A stretch of DNA of 49,315 bases, filler included, from Sphacelaria rigidula (taxonomy: Eukaryota): NCBI GenBank assembly GCA_964200075.2. It is 2 parts of 2 records of this genome, joined end to end, with 100 filler letters (N's around TTAATTAATTAA, not from the genome) between each part and the next. Parts side by side here need not be neighbours in the genome. Positions count along the whole stretch, not along the records: positions 24,729 to 49,315 come from CAXNAA020000196.1; 1 more part is not named here. One strand, given 5' to 3'. The position numbers were made by a program, and so were the translations under genes. Below, piece after piece: positions 37,095 to 48,400 of the stretch (the stretch's first letter is position 1; each line of letters starts with the position of its first letter). Under the pieces are notes generated by a model. It worked only from the letters and a program-made list of their open reading frames with translations, did no database searches and had not been told where the DNA came from.

Positions 37095-37965
37095 AAGCTT
37101 TGTACAACAACACGGTCAGGAACAACGCGCACGGCATACGGTTCTCTGTTTGCTCTTGCAATAACGTGGTGGCCAGCAACACATTTGAGGACAACACCGG
37201 TTACGATGTGTACCAGTACCGGGTAATGATCCCGTGGTCGAGGTAGAGAGCGGCAACCCAAAGAACAAAATGTGCTATTCGCGAATAAGTTTTCCGGAAA
37301 TGCCGGTGGTGTCCGGCTGGATGACTCTGCGGTGCCTAGTTTTAGTCCAACAGTGTTGAAGACTGCCTAACTTCGAGTTTAGGATTTCGGACAATATTTC
37401 GAGCGTCTCTTGCCTCAACTTTGCCTCGGGTGTTGATTTCGGAGATGTTTGTAGCGACGCTGCCATCTCCAACCCTTTCGGCCAGGGAGATTTCGATCGT
37501 ATTGTTGGTGGGGGAGATGAGATCACCACAACCCAAGCCACCTCTGATTCGAAAATGATGTGTTCTTCGCTTCCTGGTAGTAGCAGCGGTAGTGTACCAC
37601 CCTCTGTTTCTTCGCTGACGGCCGCGCCCACTGCTTCGCCGGGCTCATTTGTTCACACACTGATCCTCACGGCGGTGCCGAGGGATGTAGTCATTCCTTC
37701 TGAATCAAGCTCAGGTTCTAGTGGTGTTGGTGGCGGTGGGGGCAGCGGGGGCGGCGGAAATGACGAAACGGGAGGTGGTGATGGGGGTGAAAGCGGCGAT
37801 GATGATGAGTTTCGTACCATATCACCCACATCTAGCCCACCTGCGGGTGGTGTCCCAGTGGCGCATGATGATTTTACCCAAGACGTAAATGGCGGCGCGT
37901 CACGTTTTGTGTATAGGGTGTTGGGGGGCATTCGTTTGGTCGCGGTTATTTGTACTGTCATGTGA
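37095..37965 (+). pseudogene. Mannuronan C5-epimerase-like (parallel beta-helix) 3' fragment, intronless and frameshifted
   Basis: YNNTVRNNAHGIRFSVCSCNNVVASNTFEDNTGYDVYQY / GNDPVVEVESGNPKN / NVLFANKFSGNAGGVRLDDS are PbH1-type repeats. They are followed by a Ser/Gly/Pro linker and a hydrophobic C-terminus (ORF 37555-37965). Confidence 0.7.
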
Positions 37966-38257
37966 AAAAAACGTGGCCAGTATTGAAATGATGAAATAAA
38001 TAAACTCAAATCTTTTTTATCTCAGCCATGTAGATGCTACCCTGGTGTCTGCCACTACGGAATCTTTACCAAGCGTTGCTCATCTGCCCGCCGACCCCTG
38101 TCACTCTCTTTCAAAACATCGCCCGCAAAGACGGTGCTAAACACATCCATATGCCAAGGTCACCCGTCTCTGCATCAATCGCAAAGCTCATCCGTGTATG
38201 ACATCTCGAGATCGTTGCCATACCGGTGTTGCAACTGCCGCCGGATAACCGAGGCCA

Positions 38258-40231
38258 TTACACGTCGTCAAGGCGCCTCCTCTTCTTCCTCTTGGACTTG
38301 ATGTGGATGTTGAGCTTCGAACGTGCGGCGCCGATATCGATCGCCGTGTCATCTTTGGCCTGGTAGGCAGCTTGGAGTGTATGTTCCCCCAGGGAGGGGG
38401 CGTGCTTCTTGATCACCCGGAGGGCCTCGAGAAAGTCCTCCGCGGTTCTGAATGAACAAGCCCTCTTGTTCAACCACTTCGGGACTTCTTCCTGCTGTAC
38501 AAAGTCTTTGAATTTCTTTCTCTTGCTGACCTCTACCCCAGACACAATCCTCTCCAGACGGATGCCAAGGGCGACATCTGCTGCCAGAATGTCCATGAGG
38601 CTCTTGCTCTCCGGTTCCGGCACCCGACCTACCCTAACCAATACGGAGTGGAAGCAGGTTGTTTTGACATCCCCATTGGCGCCTCTCTTGGCGCTCTCGG
38701 CGCTGACCGCATCCGCGAAATAGGGCGCGGTATGGGGGTGCATCGTGATGGCGTCGAAGAGCCGGCAGCGGTCATCTCCTGAGGGTATAGAGCGAAAGAC
38801 CTTCAAGAACCGCGTCGGGATGACGGCCTCTACGTTCCTCTGGTGTTCCTCCTTCTCCTCCCTGTCCTTCAAGATGGCGCAGGCATGATTCCTTGCTGCC
38901 TCTATCGCGTCCCTGTTGTTGGCCCCGGGGTCCAGGCTGGCGATCTCCTGCAGTAGGGTTCCCATGTCGATGGTCTCACCAAGCTGGGCGTTGACAATGG
39001 TCTTGAAGTCGACAGAGGGGTGCTTGTGGATGAAATCAAAGGCTCCGACACAGTCCTTTCCCTCTCTGAACTTCAGACAAAAGGGCCCGAACCATCCCGC
39101 GTCGCGCACAAATTGTGCAAAATCCTTGCCGGACTCGTGAACTATCTCCTTTTTAAGTTTGATCTTGTGCTGTACACGCAGGGCTTCAGCCAAGGATTTC
39201 TCGTCCTGTTCGGGGGTTCTTGTTGCCTCTCTGGCGATGACCCTTGCTGCCTCTATCGCGTTCTTGTTGTTGGCAGCGAAGTGCCTGAGGGAGAGTTCCT
39301 CCGGGAACAACCCCGGGATCCCCTTCCTGATGGAGTAGAACGAGTGTTGCCCTTCGCCCTTGCCCTCGTCACCGCCCTTGCCTTTCTCTTTGCGTCCGCC
39401 CTTGCCCTTGCCCTCGCCCCCGGCCTTGTCCTCGCCCTTGTCCTCGCCCTTGTCCTCGCCCTGGTCCGTGCCTCCGCCCTTGTACTTGCCCCCGCCCTTG
39501 CCCTTGCGCCGGCCCTGGTCCTTGCCCTCGCCCTCGTCCTTGACCCGACCCGGGTATTTCGCGCGACATAGCAGACCGTCGAGGAAGGGCACCATGTCAA
39601 CATCGATTCCGTAGTCGGTAGTGCTGGCCTCGTGCTTGCGTGCGCAGCTAGTGCACCACGGAACTCCTTGTAGCACTGAAAGTCGTGCGTCTTTCATTTT
39701 CCCTGTGCGACCGGCTGATGAACACTTCCCATCGCAGGCCATGCACGTCGCGTTGATCGCGGCCTCGGCGTATTTGGAGCCATGGAGGAGCGGCCGGGAA
39801 CGCTCGCCATTCTTGAGAAGTTCATCTAAGATAGTATCTCCCTTGATCGTGGCTCCGATGTTATGGGTGAGGAAGCGTCCAAAGTGCACCAGGGCTGTAT
39901 TGCTCTCTGGAAGCTTGATCACGTTAGGGTTTCTGCGTTCCACGCTCTTCGGGCTGTGAAGATTGATTGGCTTGTTCAAACACCACACTGCCGTTGCAAT
40001 TGCAGACAAGCCAAGGTAGTCTTCTATCTCGTTGTTGAGATTGTAGCTGGTGATCTCCGTGATCCTTTTCTGCTGGCCTTTCACCTTCACCTTCACCTCA
40101 AACTCCCCCTCCAGGATCGGAAACATCGGGCGCCCTTTACGTTTACCTGGGGAAAAAGCACATGGGAAACAAGAGTGCGTTTGAGAAAACCGCGTAACTT
40201 TGGAACAGCGATAACGAAACAAAGGACTCAT
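38258..40231 (-). CDS. Intact orphan protein, 657 aa (622 aa from ATG 40126): CxxC…CxxC motif, G/K/E/D low-complexity linker, three degenerate helical repeats, C-terminal NLS
   Basis: 1.97-kb stop-free frame with G/C-rich third positions; CMAC-x26-CTSC; ANNKNAIEAAR/ANNRDAIEAAR duplication; KSKRKKRRR tail. Confidence 0.85.
   Translation of the reverse strand: MSPLFRYRCSKVTRFSQTHSCFPCAFSPGKRKGRPMFPILEGEFEVKVKVKGQQKRITEITSYNLNNEIEDYLGLSAIATAVWCLNKPINLHSPKSVERRNPNVIKLPESNTALVHFGRFLTHNIGATIKGDTILDELLKNGERSRPLLHGSKYAEAAINATCMACDGKCSSAGRTGKMKDARLSVLQGVPWCTSCARKHEASTTDYGIDVDMVPFLDGLLCRAKYPGRVKDEGEGKDQGRRKGKGGGKYKGGGTDQGEDKGEDKGEDKAGGEGKGKGGRKEKGKGGDEGKGEGQHSFYSIRKGIPGLFPEELSLRHFAANNKNAIEAARVIAREATRTPEQDEKSLAEALRVQHKIKLKKEIVHESGKDFAQFVRDAGWFGPFCLKFREGKDCVGAFDFIHKHPSVDFKTIVNAQLGETIDMGTLLQEIASLDPGANNRDAIEAARNHACAILKDREEKEEHQRNVEAVIPTRFLKVFRSIPSGDDRCRLFDAITMHPHTAPYFADAVSAESAKRGANGDVKTTCFHSVLVRVGRVPEPESKSLMDILAADVALGIRLERIVSGVEVSKRKKFKDFVQQEEVPKWLNKRACSFRTAEDFLEALRVIKKHAPSLGEHTLQAAYQAKDDTAIDIGAARSKLNIHIKSKRKKRRRLDDV
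39350..39545 (-). repeat. Coding 6/12-bp minisatellite (ggcgaggacaag / ggcaag) within the orphan ORF
   Basis: Encodes GEDKGEDKGEDK…GKGKGG without breaking frame. Confidence 0.85.
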
Positions 40232-41880
40232 CTCGGATTTAGCGCAGTCAACAAAACTCCCTCTAACCTGAGTTGAGAAAAATGGGCGGGAAAGTGCAGG
40301 CTACCTCATAGGGGAGGGAGGGGATGAACGACGCAAACGGATGTCACTCATTGTGCGATCTGTACCCGCCCCAATCATGAGACATCGCCCGAATGTTTTT
40401 GAAGTCAAGCGATAAGCCACGCCAACCACGCTCTCAGCACGCCCCCGATCTTGCTAGAGAGAAACACAAGACAGGAATATCTCATTCACGGCAGTGACCT
40501 GTGCAACAGCAGATTTGAACTACCAACAACAGTCCCTCTTACCCTCGTCACTCTGACTCATCCTCCTCCTTGCTATTTTTCCAGTGGCAAGTCGGTTGGC
40601 GGGCTTGGATTGGTGGATACTACCTCGTGCTCTCTGGTGTGTGGTCATCAGGGTAGTTGGGGATGGAAATATGAGATCGGTGTGCCGCACACACAAGAGC
40701 GCGGTGGTAGCAATTTCAACTCTGATAATTAAAAAACGCAAAAACACGCAAAGTGGCGGTCGCAGCGGTCATTTATTTGTCAGCAGGAGCACGATTTTGC
40801 ACAAGTCTGTTGTTAGCTGGCCAGCTGATCGTGCTGGATGCCATCTGCGTGTCGTGCGTGGACGCGTGGTGGTGGCGTGGGGGTCCAACATTAGACTAAC
40901 TGCTGCTGCTCTTGCGACAGTACAAACGCTCAATTGTCGTGGCAGCAGAATACACGCTTCCTGCCAGAAGTACATAGCTACGAGTCTCTACATCTCTCCC
41001 TTCCGTGGAGCTCTGCGTGTTGGTTCAAGTTCGATGTGTGTGCCGTTTACGTCGACCCATCGCTCTTTCGGTTGTGAAGGTAAACCGTCGGAAATGTCAG
41101 AGAAGATCTCTAGCTGGGTTTTTACTAAGTTTGTGATGGGTACGTGACGAGGATCATATATCTAGCGCTAGCAACCTGAGATGAATCCAACCAAGAACAG
41201 GTGATGATTTCACGCCTGAGGCGTGCGGATCCAGCACGGACAGCCGCATCAAAGGTGACTAATGCGTAGAAATTCGCTTGTTTTCTGCGGAGACTGGGGA
41301 GACTGTCAAGTAGCGCTGGACCGTCTGGCACATCTGAACACACCTTGGCTTTCGACCGATGAAACTCACGTCCTTCCCTCTAGACGAAAGAGCTCTGAGA
41401 GAAGAGATGCGTGAGGGTAGTACGCTCTCTGTCAACGTCCTCACACGTCTCCGTCCGCGCAGATGGGCGTGTGTCGTTCGTTGGGGACGATAGAACCCCT
41501 TCCCCGTGTTTTGAAAAAACAGCCTCTTTTTTCGGTCATTTTGGGGACAAACTATCCCCGAAAAATGCCAAGTTTACCCTCGTAGATTCGGTATAGGTCC
41601 ACAAATTACACTGAAACCACACGTCCCGACATACTCTCACCACACAACACGACGAGGACACGCCAGCGACAGGCGGCAGTGGGAGTGCACTTTTTTTGGT
41701 ACGCAGCAGCAGAGCACAGGCTGGTCTTGAAGACCAGAGGTGCGCGACTGCAAAGCAGATTTGGCTTCCGGCGCTTCGCTGTGGGGCAACTCCACCCCGA
41801 AAAGTGCCGGGGTTCGGGTTAGGATTCCCTTGATTTCTTTTTTTCTTATTTCCCTTCCATTCACTTTTCAAAGAGAAAAG

Positions 41881-42495
41881 GCAAGCGCTGGAGCGGCCCG
41901 TGCCTCTAAACGCCTCACGAGATCTAGCACGAGCTCCGGGACCACGTTGGTGGCGTTAGCTCGCCTGGCCGAGGCGCAACCGCTGTCGGTCGAGTCTCCC
42001 CCCGGGCACGTGAGTTTCCCCCTAAAGTACAGTACAGCATGTGTTGACTACATTCAGCCTTGCAATTCTTACAAGATCTTCACCAGTTAAAAAACAATTC
42101 ACAGGCAAGCAGCGGAGCGGCGGCCCTTACGACATCGAGGGAGAGCTCCAGCAAGACGGCCACGGACCACCGCTCCAAGCGGAGGAGGAACCCCAGACTT
42201 CCCCCGAGCACGCAAGCGTGCCTCCAAACTACAATTTATACTGACACATCGTTCTATGTAATTTCATTTATTTGAGGTGCGCCCGGGCACAACCTCTCCC
42301 GCGCCAAAATGGAGGAAGAAAACCATCCCGCCCCCGGCTTCGACACACGCTCCGGCCCACGCTTCGGCAACCATGGTGGCACCAGCCCCGGCCTCCACCC
42401 AGCCCCGTCCTGCCTCGACCCACTCTTCAACCCACGCTTCGGTAACTGTGGCGGCACCCGCCCCGGCCTCCACGCCACCCCGTCCTGCTGCGGAT
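41881..42495 (+). other. Possible exon-like pieces of a divergent Pro/Ala/Ser/Thr-rich gene, cut off by the satellite
   Basis: Segments 41881-42009 and 42105-42211 both start ag|GCAAGC and end CCCCCG(G/A)GCAC|g(t/c). GC-rich imperfect repeats follow at 42325-42490. Confidence 0.3.
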
Positions 42496-42499
42496 GAAA

Positions 42500-45400
42500 T
42501 TTGTGGGCGGTTAGATGAGGTTTCGGGTGTAGCTTGCCTGCTGGGAGGTCGTTCGATCAAGCTAAATAATAAACGACCAAGCGAGTTGTTTGGGGGCAAA
42601 CTCGGTGAGGCTTCGGGTGTGGTTTGCCTGCTGGCAGGGGTAACTAGTGGATATTCCAGCAGTATTTTCCCTGTTTGGGGGTAAACTATATGAAGATTCG
42701 GGTATAGTTTGCCTGCTCGAGGGATAACTCCTGGAAATTTCACGAGAAGTTACTCTGTTTGCGGGCAAACATGCTGAGGTTCCGGAGATTGTTTCGCTGC
42801 TGGAAGGGGTAACTAGTAGTTATTTCAGCAGTGGTTTCCCTGTTTGGGGGCATGCTAGATGAGTTGCCGGGTGTAGTTTGCCTGCTGGGAAGTCGTTCGA
42901 CCGAGCAAAAACAAATCACGACCGAACGTAGTGTATGGGGGCAAAGTCGGTAAGGTATCATGAGTAGTTTGCCTGCTGGCAGGGGTAACTAGTGGACATT
43001 TCAGCAGTGCTTTCCCTGTTCGGGGGCAAACAAGATAAGGATTCGGGTCCAATTTGCCTCCTTTGCCTGCTGGAAAGTCGTTCGATCGAGCAAAATACTA
43101 CACGACCAAGCGAGTTTTTGAGGGAAAAGTCGGTGAGGCTTCGGGTGTGGTTTGCCTGCTGGGGTAACTAGTGGAAGGTTCATCAGTAGTTTCCCTGTTT
43201 GTGGGCAAACTAGATGAGGAGTCGGGTGTAGTTTGCCTGCTAGGAGATCGTTCGACCTAGCAATAAAATTACACGACCGAACGTAATGTTTGGGGGCAAC
43301 CCCGGCGAGGCTTCGGGTGCAGTTTGCCGACTGGCAGGGGTAACTAGTGGGCATTTCAGGAGTAGTTTCGCCGTTTGGGGGCAAACTAGATGAGGTGCCG
43401 GGTGTAGTTTGCCTGGGAGGTCGTTCGACCTAAGCAAAAAAGATACACGACCGAACCAGGTGTTTGGGGGCAAACTCGGTGAGGTATCAGGAGTAGTTTG
43501 CGTGCTGGCAGGGGTAACAAGTGGAAGCTTCAGCAGTAGTTTCCCTCTTCGTGGGCAAACTAGATAAGGATTCGGTTATAAATTGCCTGCTGGGAGGTCG
43601 TTCGATTGAGCCAAAGAATACACGACCGAACGAGGTGTTTGGGAGCAAACTCGCTGAGGCTTCAGTAATAGTTTGCCTGCTGGAGGGAGTGACCAGCGGA
43701 CGTTTCAGCAATTTGTCTGTTTGGGGGGTAATTTGGTGACATATCGGGTGTAATTTGCCCTCTGGGAGGTCGTCCGATTGAGCATTAAAAATACGCCACC
43801 GAGCGAGGTGTTTTGGGGGGCAACCTCGGTGAGGCTTCGCGTATTGTTTGCGTTCTGGCAGGGGTAACTAGTCGAAGGTTCAGCACCAGTTTCCCTGTTT
43901 GATGGCATGCTAGATAAGGTTTCGGGTATAACTTGCCCGCTGCGAGGTCGTTCGATCGAGCAACATATTACACGACTGAGCGAGGTGTTTGGGGGCAAAC
44001 TCGGTGAGGCTTCGGGTGTGGTTTGCGCGCTGGCAGGGGCAACAAGTGAAAGGTTCAGCAGTAGTTTGCCTGTTTGGGGGCAAACTATATGAGTTTGCCT
44101 ACTGGGAGGTCGTTCGATCGAGTAAAACAAATACACGACCAAGCGAGGTGTTTGGGGGCAAATTCGGTGAGGCTCCGGGTGTGGTTTGCCTGCTGGCAGG
44201 GGTAACTAGCGGAAGGTTCAGCAGTAGTTTCCATGTTTGTGGGTAAACTAGATGAGGTTTCAGGAGTAGTTTGCCTGCTGGGAGGTCGTTCGATTGAGCA
44301 TCAAAGATACACGACCGAACGAGGTGTTGGGGGCAAACTTGGTGAGGCTTCGGGTGTTGTTTGCCGGCTGACAGGGGTAACTAGTGGATATTGCAGCAGT
44401 ATTTTCCCTCTTTGTGGGCAAACTAGATGAGGATTCGGGTGTAGTTTGCCTGCTGGGAAGTCGTTCGATCGAGTAAAACAAATACACGACCAAGCGAGGT
44501 GTTTGGGGGCAAAGTCGGTAAGGTTTCAGGAGTAGTTTGCCTGCTGACAGGGGTAACTAGTGGACATTTCAGCAGTGGTTTCCCTCGTCGGGGGCAAACT
44601 AGATGAGGTTTCGGGTATAATTTGCCTGCTGGGAGGTCGTTCGATCGAGCAGAAATGATACACGACCGAACGAGCTGGGGGGCAAAGTCGGTGAGGCTTC
44701 AGTAGTATTTTGCCTGCTGACTTAACTAGTGCACATTTCAGGAGTAGTTTCCCTGTTTGTTGGCAAACTAGATGAGGTTTCGGGTGCAGTTTGCGTCTTT
44801 TGCCTGCTGGAGGCTCGTTCACACGACCAAGCGAGTTGTTTGGGGGCAAAGTCGGTGAGGCTTCGGGTGTAGGTTACCTGCTGGCAGCGGTAACTAGTGG
44901 ACATTTCAGCAGTATTTTTACTGTTTTGGGCAAGCTGTATGAGGATTCGGGTATGATTTGCCTGCTGGAAAGTCGTTCGATCGAGGAAAATACTACACGA
45001 CCAAGCGAGGTTTTTGAGGGAAAAGTCGGTGAGGCTTCGGGTGTGGTTTGCCTGCTGGGGTAACTAGTGGAAGATTCAGCAGTAGTTTCCCTGTTTGTGG
45101 GCAAACTAGATGAGGTTTCGGGTGTAGTTTGCCTGCTAGGAGATCGTTCGACCCAGAAATAAAATTACACGACCGAACGGAATGTTTGGGGGCTACCCCG
45201 GTGAGGCTTCAGGAGTAGTTTGCCTGCTGGCAGGGGTAACTTGTGGGCATTTCAGTAGTAGTTTCGCTGTTTGGGGTAAACTAGATAAGGATTCGGGTGA
45301 AGTTCGCCTGCTGGAGGGATAACTACTGGAAATTTCACAGTAATTTTCTCTGTTTGAGGGCAACCAAGCTGAGGTTTCGGGTGTTGTTTGCCTGCTCGCA

Positions 45401-48400
45401 GGGGTAACTAGTCGACATTTCAGCAATAGTTTCCCTGTTTGGGGCCATGCTAGATGAATTTCCGGGTACAATTTGCCTGATGGGAGGTCGTTCGACGACC
45501 GAACAAAAAAGATACACGACCGAAGGAGGTGTTCGGGGGCAAACGCGGTGAGGCTTCGGGTGTTGTTTGCTCGCTGGCAGGGGTAACTAGTGGACATTTC
45601 AGCAGTAGTTTCCCTGCTCGGGGGCAAACTTGATGAGGTTTCGGATGCAGTTTGCCTGCTGGGAGGTCGTTCGACCAGGCAAAATAATACACGACTGAGC
45701 GCGGTGTTTGGGGGCAAACTCGGTGAGGCTTCGGGTGTTGTTTGCCTGCTGGCAGGTGTAACTAGTGGATATTTCAGCAGTATTTTTCCTGTTTGGGGCA
45801 AGCTATATGAGGTTTCGGGTACAAACCGCCTGTTGGAGGGATAACTACTCAAGTTCCACGAGAAGTTACTCTGTTTGAGGGCCAACCAGCTGAGGCTTCT
45901 GAGATTGTTTCGCTGCTGGAAGGGGTAACTAATGGATATTTCAGCAGTAGTTTCACTGTTTGTGAGCAAACTAGATGAAGTTTCGGGTGTAGTTTGCCTG
46001 CTGGGAGGTCGTTCGATAGAGCAAAAACCAAATTACGACCAAGCGAGGTGTATGGGGGCAAAGTCGGTGAGGCTTCGGGCGTTGTTTGCCTGCTGGCAGG
46101 GGTAACAAGTGGAAGGTTCAGGAGTAGTTTCCCTGCTCGGAGGCAAACTACTGAGGTTTCGGGTGCAGTTTGCATCCTTCGCCGGTTGCGAAGTCGTTCG
46201 ATTGAGCAAAAAAGATACACGACCGAACGAGGTGTTTGGGGGCAAAGTCGGTGAGGTATCAGGAGTAGCTTTCCTGCTGGCAGGGATATCTAGTGGGCAT
46301 TTCAGCAGTACTTTCCCTGTTTGGGGTAAACTAGATGAGGATTCGGGTGCAGTTTGCCTCCTTTGCCTGCTGGGAGGTCGTTCGATTGAGCAAAAAAGAA
46401 GCACGACCGAACGAGGTGTTTGGGGGCAAACTCGGTGAGGTATCAGGAGTAGTTTGTTTGCTGGCAGGGATATCTAGTGGGCATTTCAGGAGTAGTTTCC
46501 CTCTTCGTGGGCAAACTAGATAAGGATTCGGTTATTAATTGCCTGCTGGGAGGTCGTTCGATCGAGCACAAAAGATACACAACCAAGCGAGTTGTTTGGG
46601 GGCAAACTCGGTGAGGCTTCGGGTGTAGGTTGCCTGCTGGAAGGGGTAACTAGTGGACATTTCAGCAGTACTTTTACTGTTTGTGGGCAAACTAGATGAG
46701 GTTTCGGGTGTAGTTTTCCTGTTGGGAGGTCGTTCGATCGAGCAAAACAAATACATGACCATGCGAGGTGTTTGGGGGCAAACTCGGTGAGGCGTCGGGT
46801 GTGGTTTGCCTGCTGGCAGAGGTAACTAGTGGAAGGTTCAGCAGTAGTTTCTCTGTTTGTGGGCAAACTAGATGAGGTTTCGGGTGTAGTTTGCCTGCTG
46901 GGAGATCGTTCGACCCAGCAATTAAATTACACGACCGAACGTTATGTTTGGGGGCAACACCGGTGAGGCTTCGGGCGTTGTTTGCCGGCTGGCAGGGGTA
47001 ACTTGTGGGCATTTCAGCAGTAATTTCCCTGCTCGGGGGCAACCTAGACAAGGATTCGGGTAAAGTTTGCCTGCTGGAGGGATAACTACTGGAAATTTCA
47101 CAGTAATTTTCTCTGTTTGAGGGCAACCAAGCTGAGGTTTCGGGTGTTGTTTGCCTGCTCGCAGGGGTAACTAGTCGACATTTCAGCAATAGTTTCCCTG
47201 TTTGGGGCCATGCTAGATGAATTTCCGGGTACAATTTGCCTGATGGGAGGTCGTTCGACGACCGAGCAAAATATTACACGACCGAACGAGGTGTTTGGGG
47301 GCAAACTCGATGAGGCTTCGGGTGTTGTTTGCTCGCTGGCAGGGGTAACTAGTGGATATTTCAGCAATATTTTTCCCGCTCGGGGGCAAACTAGATGAGG
47401 TTTCAGCAGTAGTTTGCGTGCTGGGGGGTCGTTTCACAAAGCATTCGAGATACACGACCGAACGAGGTGTTGGGGGCAAACTCGGTGAGGCTTCCGGTGT
47501 TGTTTGCCGGCTGGCAGGGGTTACAAGTGGGCATTTCAACAGTATTTTTCCTGCTCGGGGGCAAACTAGATGAGGCTTCGGGTATAATTTGCCTGCTGGG
47601 CGGTCGTTCGATCGAGCAAAAAAGATACACAACCAAGCGAGTTGTTTGGACGCAAACTCGGTGAGGCTTCGGGTGTTGTTTGCCTGCTGGCAGGCGTAAC
47701 TAGTAGTGGGCATTTCAGCAGTATTTTCCCTGCTCGGGAGCAAACTAGATGAGGATCCGGGTGCAGTGTGCCTCCTTTGCCTTCTGGGAGGTCGTTCGAT
47801 TGAGCAAAAAAGATACACAACCAAGCGAGTTGTTCGGGGGCAAAGTCGGCGAGGCTTCGGGTGTTGTTTTCCTGCTAGCAGGGGTAACTAGTGGGCATTT
47901 CAGCAGTAGGGTCTCTGCTCGGGGGCGAACTAGATGAAGTCTCGGGTGCAGTTTGCCTCCTTTGCCTGCTTGGAGGTCGTTCGATCGAGCAAAACGAATC
48001 ACGACCAAGCGAAATGTATGGGGGCGAAGTTGGTGAGGCTTCGGGTGTAGTTTTCCTGCTGGCAGGGGTAACAAGTGGGCATTTTAACAGTTGTTTCCGT
48101 GCTCGGGGGCAAACTAGATGAGGTCTCGGGTGCAGTTTGCCTGCTGTGAGGTCGTTTGACAAAGCATTCGAGATACACGACCGAACGAGGTGTTGGGGGC
48201 AAACCCGGTGAGGCTTCCAGTGTTGTTTGCCGGCTGGCAGGGGTTACAAGTGGGCATTTCAGCAGTATTTTTCCTGCTCGGGGTCAAACTTGGTGAGGCT
48301 CCGGGTATAGTTTGCCTGCTGGCAGGGGTGCCTAGTAGGCATTTCAGCCGTAGTTTCCGTGCTTAGGGGCAAACTAGATGAGGTCTCGGGTGCAGTTTTC

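Noticed and set aside
38409-40276. + strand ORFs overlapping the 657-aa ORF
   Set aside because: They are antisense shadows of a GC3-biased coding frame.
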